Virus record (IMG/VR): IMGVR_UViG_3300009082_000959 | Direction: 5' to 3' (one strand) | Source: a virus | Lineage: Duplodnaviria > Caudoviricetes | DNA: 64,000 nt | Part shown: positions 37,508 to 47,687 of the stretch, piece by piece | Layout: each line of letters begins with the position of its first letter | Numbering within the stretch: the stretch's first letter is position 1 | Made by a program: the position numbers and the translations under genes | The notes under the pieces: generated by a model | Seen by the model: only the letters and a program-made list of their open reading frames with translations | Told to the model about the DNA's origin: nothing | Database searches by the model: none

Positions 37508-39820
37508 ATGCTTTATACTAAAAACTTTAATATAGATACTCCAAATCCAACTTTTGAGGTATTTCAAAAAGGTAGCACCAGTGGAGTTGCTAACCTATCT
37601 CGCGATCTCACTATAAACGGTACCACTGTTAGTCCCACCTTGCTTTATTATGGGGGAGATGCTAATTCTACTAATTGGACAGCGCAAATTGGAGAAACTC
37701 TGGTTTTGCAAGCCGGTACAGCACCTAGTTATAACCAAGGCAGTCCTTTGCTTGGTACCAATGACGATTCAGTAAAATTTAATTCTGGTGGATATTACCG
37801 TGCGTCTACTGCTAGTATCGGCGATATTACAACAGAGGATATGGTAGTTGAATGCATTGTCAGAATGTCAGCTTTCCAACCTCTTGTTCTCTTCGGTCAT
37901 CGTACCGGAGCAGTGCCTGGTTGGAAGGTTGCAACAACCACTGCTACTAGACTATTTTGTACAATTGGTTCGGGCACCACACAAATATCAGCTGGAGTAA
38001 CCGGAATTCTGACTGCTAACTGTTGGTATCATGTTCTCTTTTTTCTTGACCGTAGTGGTAGCAGTATTTCATATGTTAATGGGGTAGCTTCTGCTGCAGT
38101 TGATATTAGTGCTCTTGTTGCTGCTTCTCTTTCTACTGATGATCTCTTCACTGTTGGTGCTGCTAGTGATGGTGGGAATGCATGTGATTGTCCTATTGCA
38201 CTTCTAGCAATGTGGAAACAGGCTTCCTGGCTTGATACCCATTTACAAGCAGCATTAGCACTTGAAAGATTTAATAAACTGCTGAACTTAATGCCACAAG
38301 TTGCTTTGGGCACCGCGGCACCAACAGCACAAACGCGGGCAAGCGCAACCCACCTAAACAACGCCGGTGAATTGTATAGGGTTGGTGCAAATTGGCTAAG
38401 GGTAGAAAGCCCAGGTTATTTTTGCGAACCAGCAGCTACAAACAAAATACTACAATCACAAGTTTTCCAAAGCGATGGTGTTTGGACTTTGCTGGACGCG
38501 GGTGATACTTTTGGCACTCAGCTGTGTAACGATGCTGACATGGAGGCAGCAACCACAGCAGCTTGGTCCACTACTAATGGAGCTACTCTTACAAAAGAAA
38601 CCACAACCCCTCATGGCGGCACTAATTGTTTGCGAGTAGCGCGAGGAACCACAAATAATCCTAACTCATATCAAGTAGTGCTAACCGTGGGCAAAACCTA
38701 TTGCGTTACCGGTTGGGCTCGTAGCAATGGTGTTTCTAACCCTTATGTTTATTTGGGTATAGCAACTGGATATGAGTGGGTTGGAACAACATCAACTGAT
38801 TGGCAATATTTTACTTTAATTAGAAAGGTAACTGATACTCGTTTAGCTTTAGCTTCTAACGCGACAACTGGTAATTATGTTGAGTTTGATGATATTAAAC
38901 TATACGAAGTCACAGAAACTGCACCAAATAAAGAATTAGAGTCAAGTGGCTTGGTTCCTGATTCCACCAACGGAATCCACGGATTTACGCAAGCAGTTAT
39001 TCTTACTGCTGTTAATCATACTTTATCTGTGTATGCTAAAGCCGGCGCGCAAAACTGGATATATTTGAGTGATGATACAGTTGCAAATGCTACCTGTTAC
39101 TTTGACCTTGGTACTGGTGTTGTTGGAACTTCTGGTGCTGGTATTTCTCAAACCCATATTGAGTCATTAGGAGACGGCTGGTATAGAGCTGGTATTACTT
39201 TTTTGGGAACTGTAGCCGCGCATACACTAAGCATTCAGTCCGCAGAAGCAGATAATGACGCTTCGTTTGCTGGCAATGGTACCAGTGTTTCTACTTATTT
39301 TTGGGGAGCACAATTAGAACTTGGCAATATAGCAACAAGCTATATCACTACTACTACAGCCGCGGCTAGTAGATCAGCTGATATTCTTACTTTCAGTGGT
39401 ACAGACAACATTGCAGATTCGCAGGGTACCATTTCTTTTGACGTACTGACACCAGATTATACTCCTGAGGCAAATGCAATTTGTTACAGATTAACAAATG
39501 GAGGTGGGGTTACCAATTATATTTCACAATATATCTGTGTACCAGATATACTTAAGGGTATTTCTGCAGCCACAGCAGGTAGTGCTGGCAGTATGACAAT
39601 AAACTCTGAAATCACAGATGGTACGGTTCATCATGTATCTGCCCATTGGGAAACAGACAGAATGTATGCCACTTTGGATGGTGTTCGCTCAGATGTGGAT
39701 ACTGATGTAGACATACCGACCACGCTAAATCAAATTCATGTTGGTCATGGTAACACAGCTACACAACTTAACGGCATTATTTCAAATATAAAAATTTATA
39801 AGAGGCTTGTTAATAAATGA
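37508..39820 (+). CDS. Fibre/spike protein with LamG (ConA-like) and CBM4/9-like carbohydrate-binding domains
   Basis: WYHVLFF....YVNG; DADMEA...W...LTVGKTYCVTGWAR; FWGAQLELGNIATSYITT. Confidence 0.72.
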   Translation: MLYTKNFNIDTPNPTFEVFQKGSTSGVANLSRDLTINGTTVSPTLLYYGGDANSTNWTAQIGETLVLQAGTAPSYNQGSPLLGTNDDSVKFNSGGYYRASTASIGDITTEDMVVECIVRMSAFQPLVLFGHRTGAVPGWKVATTTATRLFCTIGSGTTQISAGVTGILTANCWYHVLFFLDRSGSSISYVNGVASAAVDISALVAASLSTDDLFTVGAASDGGNACDCPIALLAMWKQASWLDTHLQAALALERFNKLLNLMPQVALGTAAPTAQTRASATHLNNAGELYRVGANWLRVESPGYFCEPAATNKILQSQVFQSDGVWTLLDAGDTFGTQLCNDADMEAATTAAWSTTNGATLTKETTTPHGGTNCLRVARGTTNNPNSYQVVLTVGKTYCVTGWARSNGVSNPYVYLGIATGYEWVGTTSTDWQYFTLIRKVTDTRLALASNATTGNYVEFDDIKLYEVTETAPNKELESSGLVPDSTNGIHGFTQAVILTAVNHTLSVYAKAGAQNWIYLSDDTVANATCYFDLGTGVVGTSGAGISQTHIESLGDGWYRAGITFLGTVAAHTLSIQSAEADNDASFAGNGTSVSTYFWGAQLELGNIATSYITTTTAAASRSADILTFSGTDNIADSQGTISFDVLTPDYTPEANAICYRLTNGGGVTNYISQYICVPDILKGISAATAGSAGSMTINSEITDGTVHHVSAHWETDRMYATLDGVRSDVDTDVDIPTTLNQIHVGHGNTATQLNGIISNIKIYKRLVNK

Positions 39821-39863
39821 TTGTTAATGTTCGCTTATACAAGAGACCAACAAGGAAATAAAA

Positions 39864-40739
39864 ATGATTATACCCGGAAACACAAAGGAATTGGCATCGT
39901 CTGTGCTACTTTCTGCGGACAATTCACCAAAATACTACGGCACTGTTTATGCTTTTGTTTGGCTTGAAGACGCTGATGATGGATACTCTGGAATTTTTTG
40001 GAATGGGATAGCATGGGAGTCTGGTCCAAACACTTTCCCTACGGCCACGCACATAAAGGGAAGTATTTGGTCATACGAGCTTCCTGCTGATGCCACTACG
40101 CTTTACTCTGGTTCTACAATTCACTGGACTATGGCTGATTCTGTGTCGGAGGCTGATATCACCACTGTTTGTTCCCATTATAGTGATTTTGTTGGAGATT
40201 TAACTACTTCGTCCATAGCAGATTCGGTTTGGGACGAGCTACAGGCCGATCATACTACCGCAACGACTTTTGGTGCTATGGAAGCTAACATTCGCGGTAC
40301 TGATGAAGATGACCTTAAACTTATAACTGACAAAATAGAACTACTGCCTGGACTAGATGAAATGGCCTTTGTCAATTGGAATATTGGAGAGAATATAACT
40401 GTAAGATTATTTGTTGGAGATCCTTCTACTGGTAATGGTTTAACTGGGCAATTAAGTTATATCAACTTAAATATTCACCGTGCGTCTGACACAAAATACT
40501 GGAACGGAACCACTTGGCAGGTTGGCGCTTATGACCTTGATATGACTGAATTAGACTCAACAAATCAACCGGGAGTTTACACATACATATTGTCGGGATC
40601 GACCGGAAATACACGAAAAGATACCTATATAGCCTATGCCACAGTTAATAATCCCGGCGTAATAGACAATCAGCAAAATTTCGAGGTGCACGTTTCAAAA
40701 GACAACACAATTAGGGTTTATGAATCCGAACCAAGTTAA
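39864..40739 (+). CDS. Virion structural protein
   Basis: AAGGA RBS; two related WNGxxW domains; IADSVWDE motif common in phage fibres. Confidence 0.65.
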   Translation: MIIPGNTKELASSVLLSADNSPKYYGTVYAFVWLEDADDGYSGIFWNGIAWESGPNTFPTATHIKGSIWSYELPADATTLYSGSTIHWTMADSVSEADITTVCSHYSDFVGDLTTSSIADSVWDELQADHTTATTFGAMEANIRGTDEDDLKLITDKIELLPGLDEMAFVNWNIGENITVRLFVGDPSTGNGLTGQLSYINLNIHRASDTKYWNGTTWQVGAYDLDMTELDSTNQPGVYTYILSGSTGNTRKDTYIAYATVNNPGVIDNQQNFEVHVSKDNTIRVYESEPS

Positions 40740-40762
40740 TAAAGTACTCCGATTTCTTCAAA

Positions 40763-40776
40763 AATCTAATAATATT
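40763..40776 (+). promoter_or_regulatory. Variant promoter motif AATCTAATAATATT
   Basis: Intergenic, ~60 nt before the probable start at 40834. Confidence 0.45.
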
Positions 40777-40833
40777 CTTAAATAATATGAAACCTTGCCC
40801 GTTTCGGGGCTGATTTCTATCTATTGGTATACA

Positions 40834-43797
40834 ATGACAACAAGAGAAGGTATCATAGGCCAAAACATTGATCTTGGTATTAAATTTTACCAAAACGGCG
40901 AACTATATGATCCGTATAGCGTTTCTGACGTTTTAATCTACGATGCCGAAAGTGGTGGAAACCTAGTAGCCACGATTCCATCTGTTCGAGTTAGTGAAGG
41001 TTATTATATTGCGACTTGGTCGATTCCTTCTTCTTTGTCTCCTCAAACCCTATGGGATGTACATGTTTGGCGCGCTGAAGAAGACATGGTGGAAAAGTCG
41101 CAGACCTATTCTTTTGATATAGTTCCCAAAAGTATTTCCGTCGATGTCCCAAGTTTTGTAAGAGGGGACGTTGGCTGTAGAATCCGTCCAGCGTGGGAGT
41201 TTCACGTCGGTCTTGGTATCGCAGAGGATGTTGGAAATGGCATGGGCTTGAGGCTTACTTGGGGCCGCGCTCTTCCAAACAACCAAAACAATCTAGTACA
41301 CTATAATATTTATTATGCTGATTCCCGATTTGGTGTATTTGATTCTTGGCCACAAAACATGACAACCGCAACACAAGTTGTCATAAATGTTGATCCCGGA
41401 AAACTGCAATTTTTAGCAGTTAGAGCTGTTGAGTTTGATACTAGCGAATTTGATATTTCTCAATTGACCCAAGTAGGATCCAATCTATACGAATATCCTG
41501 AGGAATTAGAACTACAAAACGACATAGATGCTTATGGCGCAACAATTGAAGTAGGTGATACTACTGGTTTTCCCAATAAAGGATTTTTACTAATAGATAC
41601 AGAAGTTATACTGTACAGTAGTAAAACCAATAGTGCTTTTATTGTGGAGGACATAGACAGAGGAGCAATTTCAACTTATATTGCTGCACACGAAGCAGGA
41701 GCCACAGTTAAGCTTTGGCGCGGCATAGAGGACCAAAATAGTGTAATTGTTTCAGAAACCGCTACTTGGCACTATGCTATTGGTGTTCCGCGTAATGTTG
41801 ATGCAATAGGACAATACGCAGTTGACGAAGATGGTTATAGAGCAATACAAACCGACCTACTTACAACCGATTTAAGCGCCTCCGACGAAAATACAGAGGA
41901 TTTCCCCAGCTATGATTATACTGGATATCGTAGGTCTAGTCCGCAATCATTGTTTAATGGGGAATGTACATTTAGTTATGTCGGTGGAGAGTTTAATGGA
42001 GGAAGAGGACTAGCATTTCAGGACCAGAATTTAAGTAGGCTAGACTCCCAATTACAAATTTCTGGAGAACCATTGATACTCTTAAGACGAAAATGGACTG
42101 GAAGAAAATGCCGTTGTGCTGATTTGAGAAGAGATCATCCACATAGCAGGTGCGCCTACTGTTTTGTACCAGGAACATTGGTTAGGACTGAAACTGGTTA
42201 TAGACCCATAGAAGATATAGCAATTGGAGACAAAGTTTTATCATCAAGTGGTTTATTTTGTAAGGTTACAGAAACCATGAAACGCTCTTATGATGGGCAC
42301 TTGGTATCACTAAAATCACATGTCAGTTCTAGACCTATATTAACAACACCAGAACATCCGTTTTTAGCAATGGGCGGTAATCATTCCTCATTGATAAAGA
42401 GAGAGTGTGGGCCAGAATGTGAGGTTTATATAGGAAATGGTGATGGTAATAGATTTAATAATGACGTTCGTAAAGCTCCGTCGGGAAGATGGCATGCACG
42501 GTTTTCAATGAATAGGGTTAGAACTGCTCTTGGCACATTTGATACAAAAGAAGAAGCAGATGCGGTCGTCACAAAATATAAAAACGAGCACATACCAGTT
42601 GGCCACAAATTACAATGGATGGATGCGAAAGATCTTGATGATAATCCGTGGCTGGTTGCAAAGTGGCCAAATCAGACAATGGATATTGAGTATATAAAAG
42701 TGCCGGATATTTTTTTAAAACCAACAAGACCAGGCATGAAGAGAAATGGTGTTAATACATTTACCGTAGATACAGAGTTTATGTGGATTATAGGAATGTA
42801 CCTGGCAGAAGGAAGTTCCAGCAAAAGAACTATACAATTTTCCCTTCACAAAAAAGAAAAAGAGTTTTTTGATAGAATCAAAACCTTTTTTGAAAAATTA
42901 GGGTATAAAACAAGTGTTAGCTCGCATTCGGATAATGGTATAAATATATTTGTAAACAGCACAACCCTAGCAAAGTGGTTTCTCGTTTGGCTTGGCCGAG
43001 GATGTCAAAACAAGCACATACCAGAAGAACTTATGTATCTTCCAGATCAAAAAACACAATCCCTGATTAATGGAATTTACGATGGCGACGGAAGCAAATC
43101 TTGTAACGAAATTGGGCAAACATCTGAAATTCTTGCTTTACAAATAATGGAACTACTACATCGCATTGGCGAACAACCACTATTAAGATTACAACAATCA
43201 AGTATATTAACACCCAAGGGAAATGTTAGAAAACTTTGTTATATAAATAGTTGGGCAGAATCTGGGCTAAAACACGCGAATAGAAAAAATAGGTGGAAAT
43301 TTGGTGAAGAAATGTTAGTAAAGGCTCACAAAACATTTGGAATAATTTACTACAATGGCCCTGTGTATAATCTTGAAGTAGAGGGAAACCACTCTTATGT
43401 GGTAAATGGAATAGTCGTTCACAATTGTTTTGGGACAGCTTTCGAGGGGGGCTTCGATAGATACGTAAATCCAAGGCCAATATCAGAATCCTATTCCAAC
43501 ACCCAAGGATATATTTTGGCCAGAATTTATCCTTACACAGATGATCTTGAATTAGACGCATCACAAAGCTTAAGACAAACTGTAGAGTTGCAGGCTTGGA
43601 CTATTAATATTCCAAATATACGCGATCGTGACGTTTTAATACGCCTTAATGAAGATGGAACAGAAGAATATAGATATGAGTGTCTAAATGTTGTGAGAAG
43701 TAAATTGTTTTTTGGTAAAACCGGAAAACAAGAATTTACGATGAAGCGTTTAGATAAAACGGACGAAATATACACCTACACAATAAGTGTGTTATAA
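40834..43797 (+). CDS. Probable neck/head-closure protein interrupted by an intein
   Basis: Ig-like N-terminus; extein CxC...CxxC motif; C-extein WTINIP.IRDRD.LIR...EEYRYE...Q.F...RLDK; start taken as ATG 40834 (alternative 40795). Confidence 0.6.
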   Translation: MTTREGIIGQNIDLGIKFYQNGELYDPYSVSDVLIYDAESGGNLVATIPSVRVSEGYYIATWSIPSSLSPQTLWDVHVWRAEEDMVEKSQTYSFDIVPKSISVDVPSFVRGDVGCRIRPAWEFHVGLGIAEDVGNGMGLRLTWGRALPNNQNNLVHYNIYYADSRFGVFDSWPQNMTTATQVVINVDPGKLQFLAVRAVEFDTSEFDISQLTQVGSNLYEYPEELELQNDIDAYGATIEVGDTTGFPNKGFLLIDTEVILYSSKTNSAFIVEDIDRGAISTYIAAHEAGATVKLWRGIEDQNSVIVSETATWHYAIGVPRNVDAIGQYAVDEDGYRAIQTDLLTTDLSASDENTEDFPSYDYTGYRRSSPQSLFNGECTFSYVGGEFNGGRGLAFQDQNLSRLDSQLQISGEPLILLRRKWTGRKCRCADLRRDHPHSRCAYCFVPGTLVRTETGYRPIEDIAIGDKVLSSSGLFCKVTETMKRSYDGHLVSLKSHVSSRPILTTPEHPFLAMGGNHSSLIKRECGPECEVYIGNGDGNRFNNDVRKAPSGRWHARFSMNRVRTALGTFDTKEEADAVVTKYKNEHIPVGHKLQWMDAKDLDDNPWLVAKWPNQTMDIEYIKVPDIFLKPTRPGMKRNGVNTFTVDTEFMWIIGMYLAEGSSSKRTIQFSLHKKEKEFFDRIKTFFEKLGYKTSVSSHSDNGINIFVNSTTLAKWFLVWLGRGCQNKHIPEELMYLPDQKTQSLINGIYDGDGSKSCNEIGQTSEILALQIMELLHRIGEQPLLRLQQSSILTPKGNVRKLCYINSWAESGLKHANRKNRWKFGEEMLVKAHKTFGIIYYNGPVYNLEVEGNHSYVVNGIVVHNCFGTAFEGGFDRYVNPRPISESYSNTQGYILARIYPYTDDLELDASQSLRQTVELQAWTINIPNIRDRDVLIRLNEDGTEEYRYECLNVVRSKLFFGKTGKQEFTMKRLDKTDEIYTYTISVL
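42160..43425 (+). mobile_element. Intein (422 aa) with a LAGLIDADG endonuclease and an AP2-like insert
   Basis: Block A CFVPGTLVRTETG, block B TTPEHPF, IGMYLAEGS, LINGIYDGDGS, block F VYNLEV..NHSY, block G VHN followed by Cys+1. Confidence 0.95.
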
Positions 43798-43810
43798 AGA
43801 AAGGAAAGAA

Positions 43811-45043
43811 ATGGCAAGAAAACTGACAGTTAACGAAGTAAAAGAAAGAATTAAAGAAATACACGGTGATTTGATTACCATGGACGAAACCACTTATATA
43901 AACACTAGCACTCGGTGCCGTTTTATTGATCGGGATTACGGAGAGTGGTTTGCTACTCCGCAGAAAATTTTGATTGGACAAGGAAACCCCAAAAGAGGGC
44001 ACGAAAAAAACGCACAGACAATGAGAACACGTATTATTGGGATAGATACAATAAAAGAAAGATTATTTAGTGTGCACAAAGACACTGTTTCTATAGATGA
44101 ATCAACATATATCGATTCACAAACGCCATGTAGGTTTATTGATACTGAGTATGGTGAATGGTTTGCAGCACCAAACAATGTCATTCATAACAAAACAAGA
44201 CACCCGAAAAGAGGCGAGATCATTAGAATAGAAAAACGGAAAACTCCGATGGAAAAATTAAAACAAATGATTTTTAATATTCATGGAACTACCGTCACGA
44301 TTGATGAATATACTTATAAAAACATTCATACACCTGCCAGATTTATTGACAGTATATATGGTGAGTGGTGGACCTGTCCATCAGCCGTTATTAATCAGGG
44401 ATGTGGGCATAAAACCCGAGGGGTCAAGAAAAATTCAGAACGTCGAACAATTCCAATTGATACCATAAAAAACCGTATTTTTGAAATACACGGTGATACA
44501 GTTTCTATAGATGAATCATCTTACGTAAACATAGACACTCGGTGTAGATTCATAGATAAAGACCTTGACGAATGGTATACTGTTCCAGCAATTATTATAT
44601 ATGCTTGCGCAGGACATCCTGGTAAAAAGAAAATAAAATGCGAAGAAACCTGCATGGAAAGGTATGGATGCAGGAGCCCAATGCAGGATCACAATATATC
44701 TCTAAAATCAGCAAGAAGTTCTAATATATCGTGTGTTCTAAAGCATTGGAAAACAGAAGAAGAAATAATTTGTATCGCATCATATGAAAAAGCCGTTGCA
44801 CAATATTTTAATACAAATAAAATTGATTATCTTTGGCAACCAAAAACGTTTCATATGACAATAAACGAAAAAAAACGAACATATCGACCTGATTGCTATT
44901 TACCTGGCCAAGATTTGTGGATTGAAATTAAAGGGTATTTTAGAGAGTTGTCGAAAGAAAAATGGGAATATTTCCATAACAACATACACACAAACTCGGA
45001 ACTTTGGAATAAAGAAAAATTAAAAGAATTAGGAATACCATAA
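43811..45043 (+). CDS. Endonuclease with four DUF723-like repeats and a C-terminal PD-(D/E)XK domain
   Basis: 4x (I/V)H(G/K)xxxxxDExxY....xRFIDxxxxEW; YRPDCYLPGQDLWIEIKGY. Confidence 0.75.
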   Translation: MARKLTVNEVKERIKEIHGDLITMDETTYINTSTRCRFIDRDYGEWFATPQKILIGQGNPKRGHEKNAQTMRTRIIGIDTIKERLFSVHKDTVSIDESTYIDSQTPCRFIDTEYGEWFAAPNNVIHNKTRHPKRGEIIRIEKRKTPMEKLKQMIFNIHGTTVTIDEYTYKNIHTPARFIDSIYGEWWTCPSAVINQGCGHKTRGVKKNSERRTIPIDTIKNRIFEIHGDTVSIDESSYVNIDTRCRFIDKDLDEWYTVPAIIIYACAGHPGKKKIKCEETCMERYGCRSPMQDHNISLKSARSSNISCVLKHWKTEEEIICIASYEKAVAQYFNTNKIDYLWQPKTFHMTINEKKRTYRPDCYLPGQDLWIEIKGYFRELSKEKWEYFHNNIHTNSELWNKEKLKELGIP

Positions 45044-45058
45044 GGCGGATTTTTTACA

Positions 45059-47665
45059 ATGACTGATTATTCAATTTATCCAGACTCTCTTGATTCTTAC
45101 GGTACGCTTCCTTTGGTGAGAGACGGAATAGATGAAATTCTTGCTCGGCACCACAACGCCTTAAGGGACGCAATTTGGAAAATCGAGAGTGAACTAGGCG
45201 CACAACCTTCTGGTACGTTTGGGACCGTACGAGACCGTCTTGATTCAGTTAGCGATGCATCTGCTTTAATTGACTCTCACCTTATTGATTCTCTTGATGC
45301 CCACGACGCTTCTGCGATTTCTATTCTTGATGCTGGTGAAAATTATGTTTCCACAGATGTTGAGGGAGCAATAGCAGAATTGGCAGCCATATTACCAAGA
45401 GCAAACAATACCATTGGAGAAAACAATACCAGTATTCCTAATAGTGGAATACCAAACTTTGTTGATGGTTCTGGGAGTTTGTTTTTACTAAATCAGGCCG
45501 CAGGGACAATCACAAAGAAAACACAACCAATTGCTATTACCGGAATCCACGTAATTGAAGTCGGAGAATCAAATGGTAGTGGAACTGGAGCACAACTACA
45601 AATGGCTTCAGCTGGCCAAATTCAATGGAAAGCACCAGGAGATTCATTTGGCACGGCCGTTGACTTGCTGACGCTCACAGAAGGCGATGTCGTCACCGTT
45701 TCATCTGGCACTGCTACCAAGAAAATTCGTGTTGCTAGAAATTCTGCATCACTACCAAGCGCGGGTGTGTTGCCAATAGTAGAGACTTTTGACGTACTGC
45801 GACTTAATGCGCAGTCCGGAGCATTTTCTGATAATACTGCTGGCATTATAGAAAGCAATTTTATAACCAGAACAGCAATTTCGGCAACTGGCACAAGCTT
45901 AAATCAGTTTGTAATTGGTGGTATAGTTTATCCTGCCGATCGTGGCACACTGGTTTTGCAAAGAAAATTAAGAGGTTCTTCTGCATTCGCTCCTATTGCA
46001 GTTTTAGATTTGGCTGCAAATTTTGATGAAACCTATAGAGCAACTGAACAACCGGTGTATTGTCCAAGTCTTGTAAATTACGACACAATCACTTTGTATG
46101 ATAGATTGCCCTCTAGACCTGATTACGAGGAACTTGATGTTGACGCCGATGGAAGCCAAGTGTATGAAAACTTTGATCTTTCTGCCGCTTTTACTAGTGC
46201 ACAATTAGCAAAATATGCCATTCCTGTGTCAAACGAAGGCTTGGTTGGTGGAACATTGGAAGCCGCAACTGATACAACTGCCGCCGAAATTAACGCAAAT
46301 GTGTCAGCGTATAGGGTTGTGCATTACAGAGACGGCGTATCTAATTTCAACGGAGAACCGGCAGAAGCGGATGTTCTGTGTGTTTATGATTCATTGGGCG
46401 CAGTAAATGATGGCGACAACAACGTAAGAATGTCCAATGTTTTTTTGGACACCAATGCAACAAGACCAAACATTAATCAGGTTTTATTAAATCCCGTTGT
46501 TCCTGCTGCTGAATCTGTTACCAAGTTTGTTTCTGGGGTTAATTATTATAATGGTATAGAGGACAAATTTGATCTTGAACTACGATCAGAGACTGATGTT
46601 TTTTCTAATTCATATTTAAAAGATTCTCTATTAACCGTGTCTTCTAATGCATTTCATGTTGTTTCTGGCGACGGATATGGATTGGGCGTGGCAGTAACGC
46701 AAATGATGGATGATGGATATGCGGTATTTTCTGACTCAAATGTTCCAGTGCACGCCGACACTGCTTATTATTTAATAAATGCATCTGTAAATACTGCAAG
46801 ACGCTTTTATCCAGAACCAGACAAATTTGATTCCAATGCCCGCGTTTCTGTTGCAATTAGCGATCCTTTTGGGGCCGGAACTTCACTAGATGCTTACGGA
46901 TTTATTTCAAGTAGCGCTACACCGGTAAGAGTATTGATAAACTCTTATGATGAATTCAAAGCAACTAACACAATTGAGTATTTCTGCGACGAGAGTCGCA
47001 GAATATCAAATGCTGAAACGTTTAATTTTAATTTAGAGCGCGATCAATACACGCACGCTTACGATGCACCAGAGACGCTTGAAATTTGGGACAATCAAGT
47101 CGCCTTAAGTGCCGGTGAATTACAGGTCGGTGGTGGGTTTGATATAAATTCTGATGTTGGTGGATTAGTTTTTCCGCAAAGTGATTATTCCAGCGGAGTA
47201 GCCCCATTCCAAGACAACACACCCGATTATTCGGCGGCTGGCTATACGGCGGTTGATGAAGCAATTTATCAGAGATTATTTAATCTGGGCGTTTCTACCA
47301 ATAGTGGGAAAATAAGAATTGTCAGCGGCGGAGATTACCCGATTTCTTTCAATGATATCCGATACGGTAATGAAGATAGATGCGTGAAAATAAGCGTAAA
47401 AATTCCGGGAACCGCCGGAAATTCTACTGGTTGGCTCGACCTTGGAAGATTATATTCCACTGGTCACATATCCGATGGTGATGGTTGCTTGTACGGAGCA
47501 GTAACAGAAAGTACTGGTGATTTTACAGTTCCCTTTACTTTTGGAAGATTGAATAGTGATCAAAATGAGAACATGATCGCAGTGAGAATAGCATATTTGA
47601 CAAGCAATTTAACTGCCGCAAAACAAAAAATAATGACCCGAATGGAATTACTACCTAGCGATTAA
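45059..47665 (+). CDS. Tail/baseplate structural protein
   Basis: N-terminal YPDSLD...NALRDAI..IE..LG..P.G module shared with 55245 and 58313; AHDASAIS motif. Confidence 0.7.
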   Translation: MTDYSIYPDSLDSYGTLPLVRDGIDEILARHHNALRDAIWKIESELGAQPSGTFGTVRDRLDSVSDASALIDSHLIDSLDAHDASAISILDAGENYVSTDVEGAIAELAAILPRANNTIGENNTSIPNSGIPNFVDGSGSLFLLNQAAGTITKKTQPIAITGIHVIEVGESNGSGTGAQLQMASAGQIQWKAPGDSFGTAVDLLTLTEGDVVTVSSGTATKKIRVARNSASLPSAGVLPIVETFDVLRLNAQSGAFSDNTAGIIESNFITRTAISATGTSLNQFVIGGIVYPADRGTLVLQRKLRGSSAFAPIAVLDLAANFDETYRATEQPVYCPSLVNYDTITLYDRLPSRPDYEELDVDADGSQVYENFDLSAAFTSAQLAKYAIPVSNEGLVGGTLEAATDTTAAEINANVSAYRVVHYRDGVSNFNGEPAEADVLCVYDSLGAVNDGDNNVRMSNVFLDTNATRPNINQVLLNPVVPAAESVTKFVSGVNYYNGIEDKFDLELRSETDVFSNSYLKDSLLTVSSNAFHVVSGDGYGLGVAVTQMMDDGYAVFSDSNVPVHADTAYYLINASVNTARRFYPEPDKFDSNARVSVAISDPFGAGTSLDAYGFISSSATPVRVLINSYDEFKATNTIEYFCDESRRISNAETFNFNLERDQYTHAYDAPETLEIWDNQVALSAGELQVGGGFDINSDVGGLVFPQSDYSSGVAPFQDNTPDYSAAGYTAVDEAIYQRLFNLGVSTNSGKIRIVSGGDYPISFNDIRYGNEDRCVKISVKIPGTAGNSTGWLDLGRLYSTGHISDGDGCLYGAVTESTGDFTVPFTFGRLNSDQNENMIAVRIAYLTSNLTAAKQKIMTRMELLPSD

Positions 47666-47687
47666 TTTAAATTTACGAGGACACACT

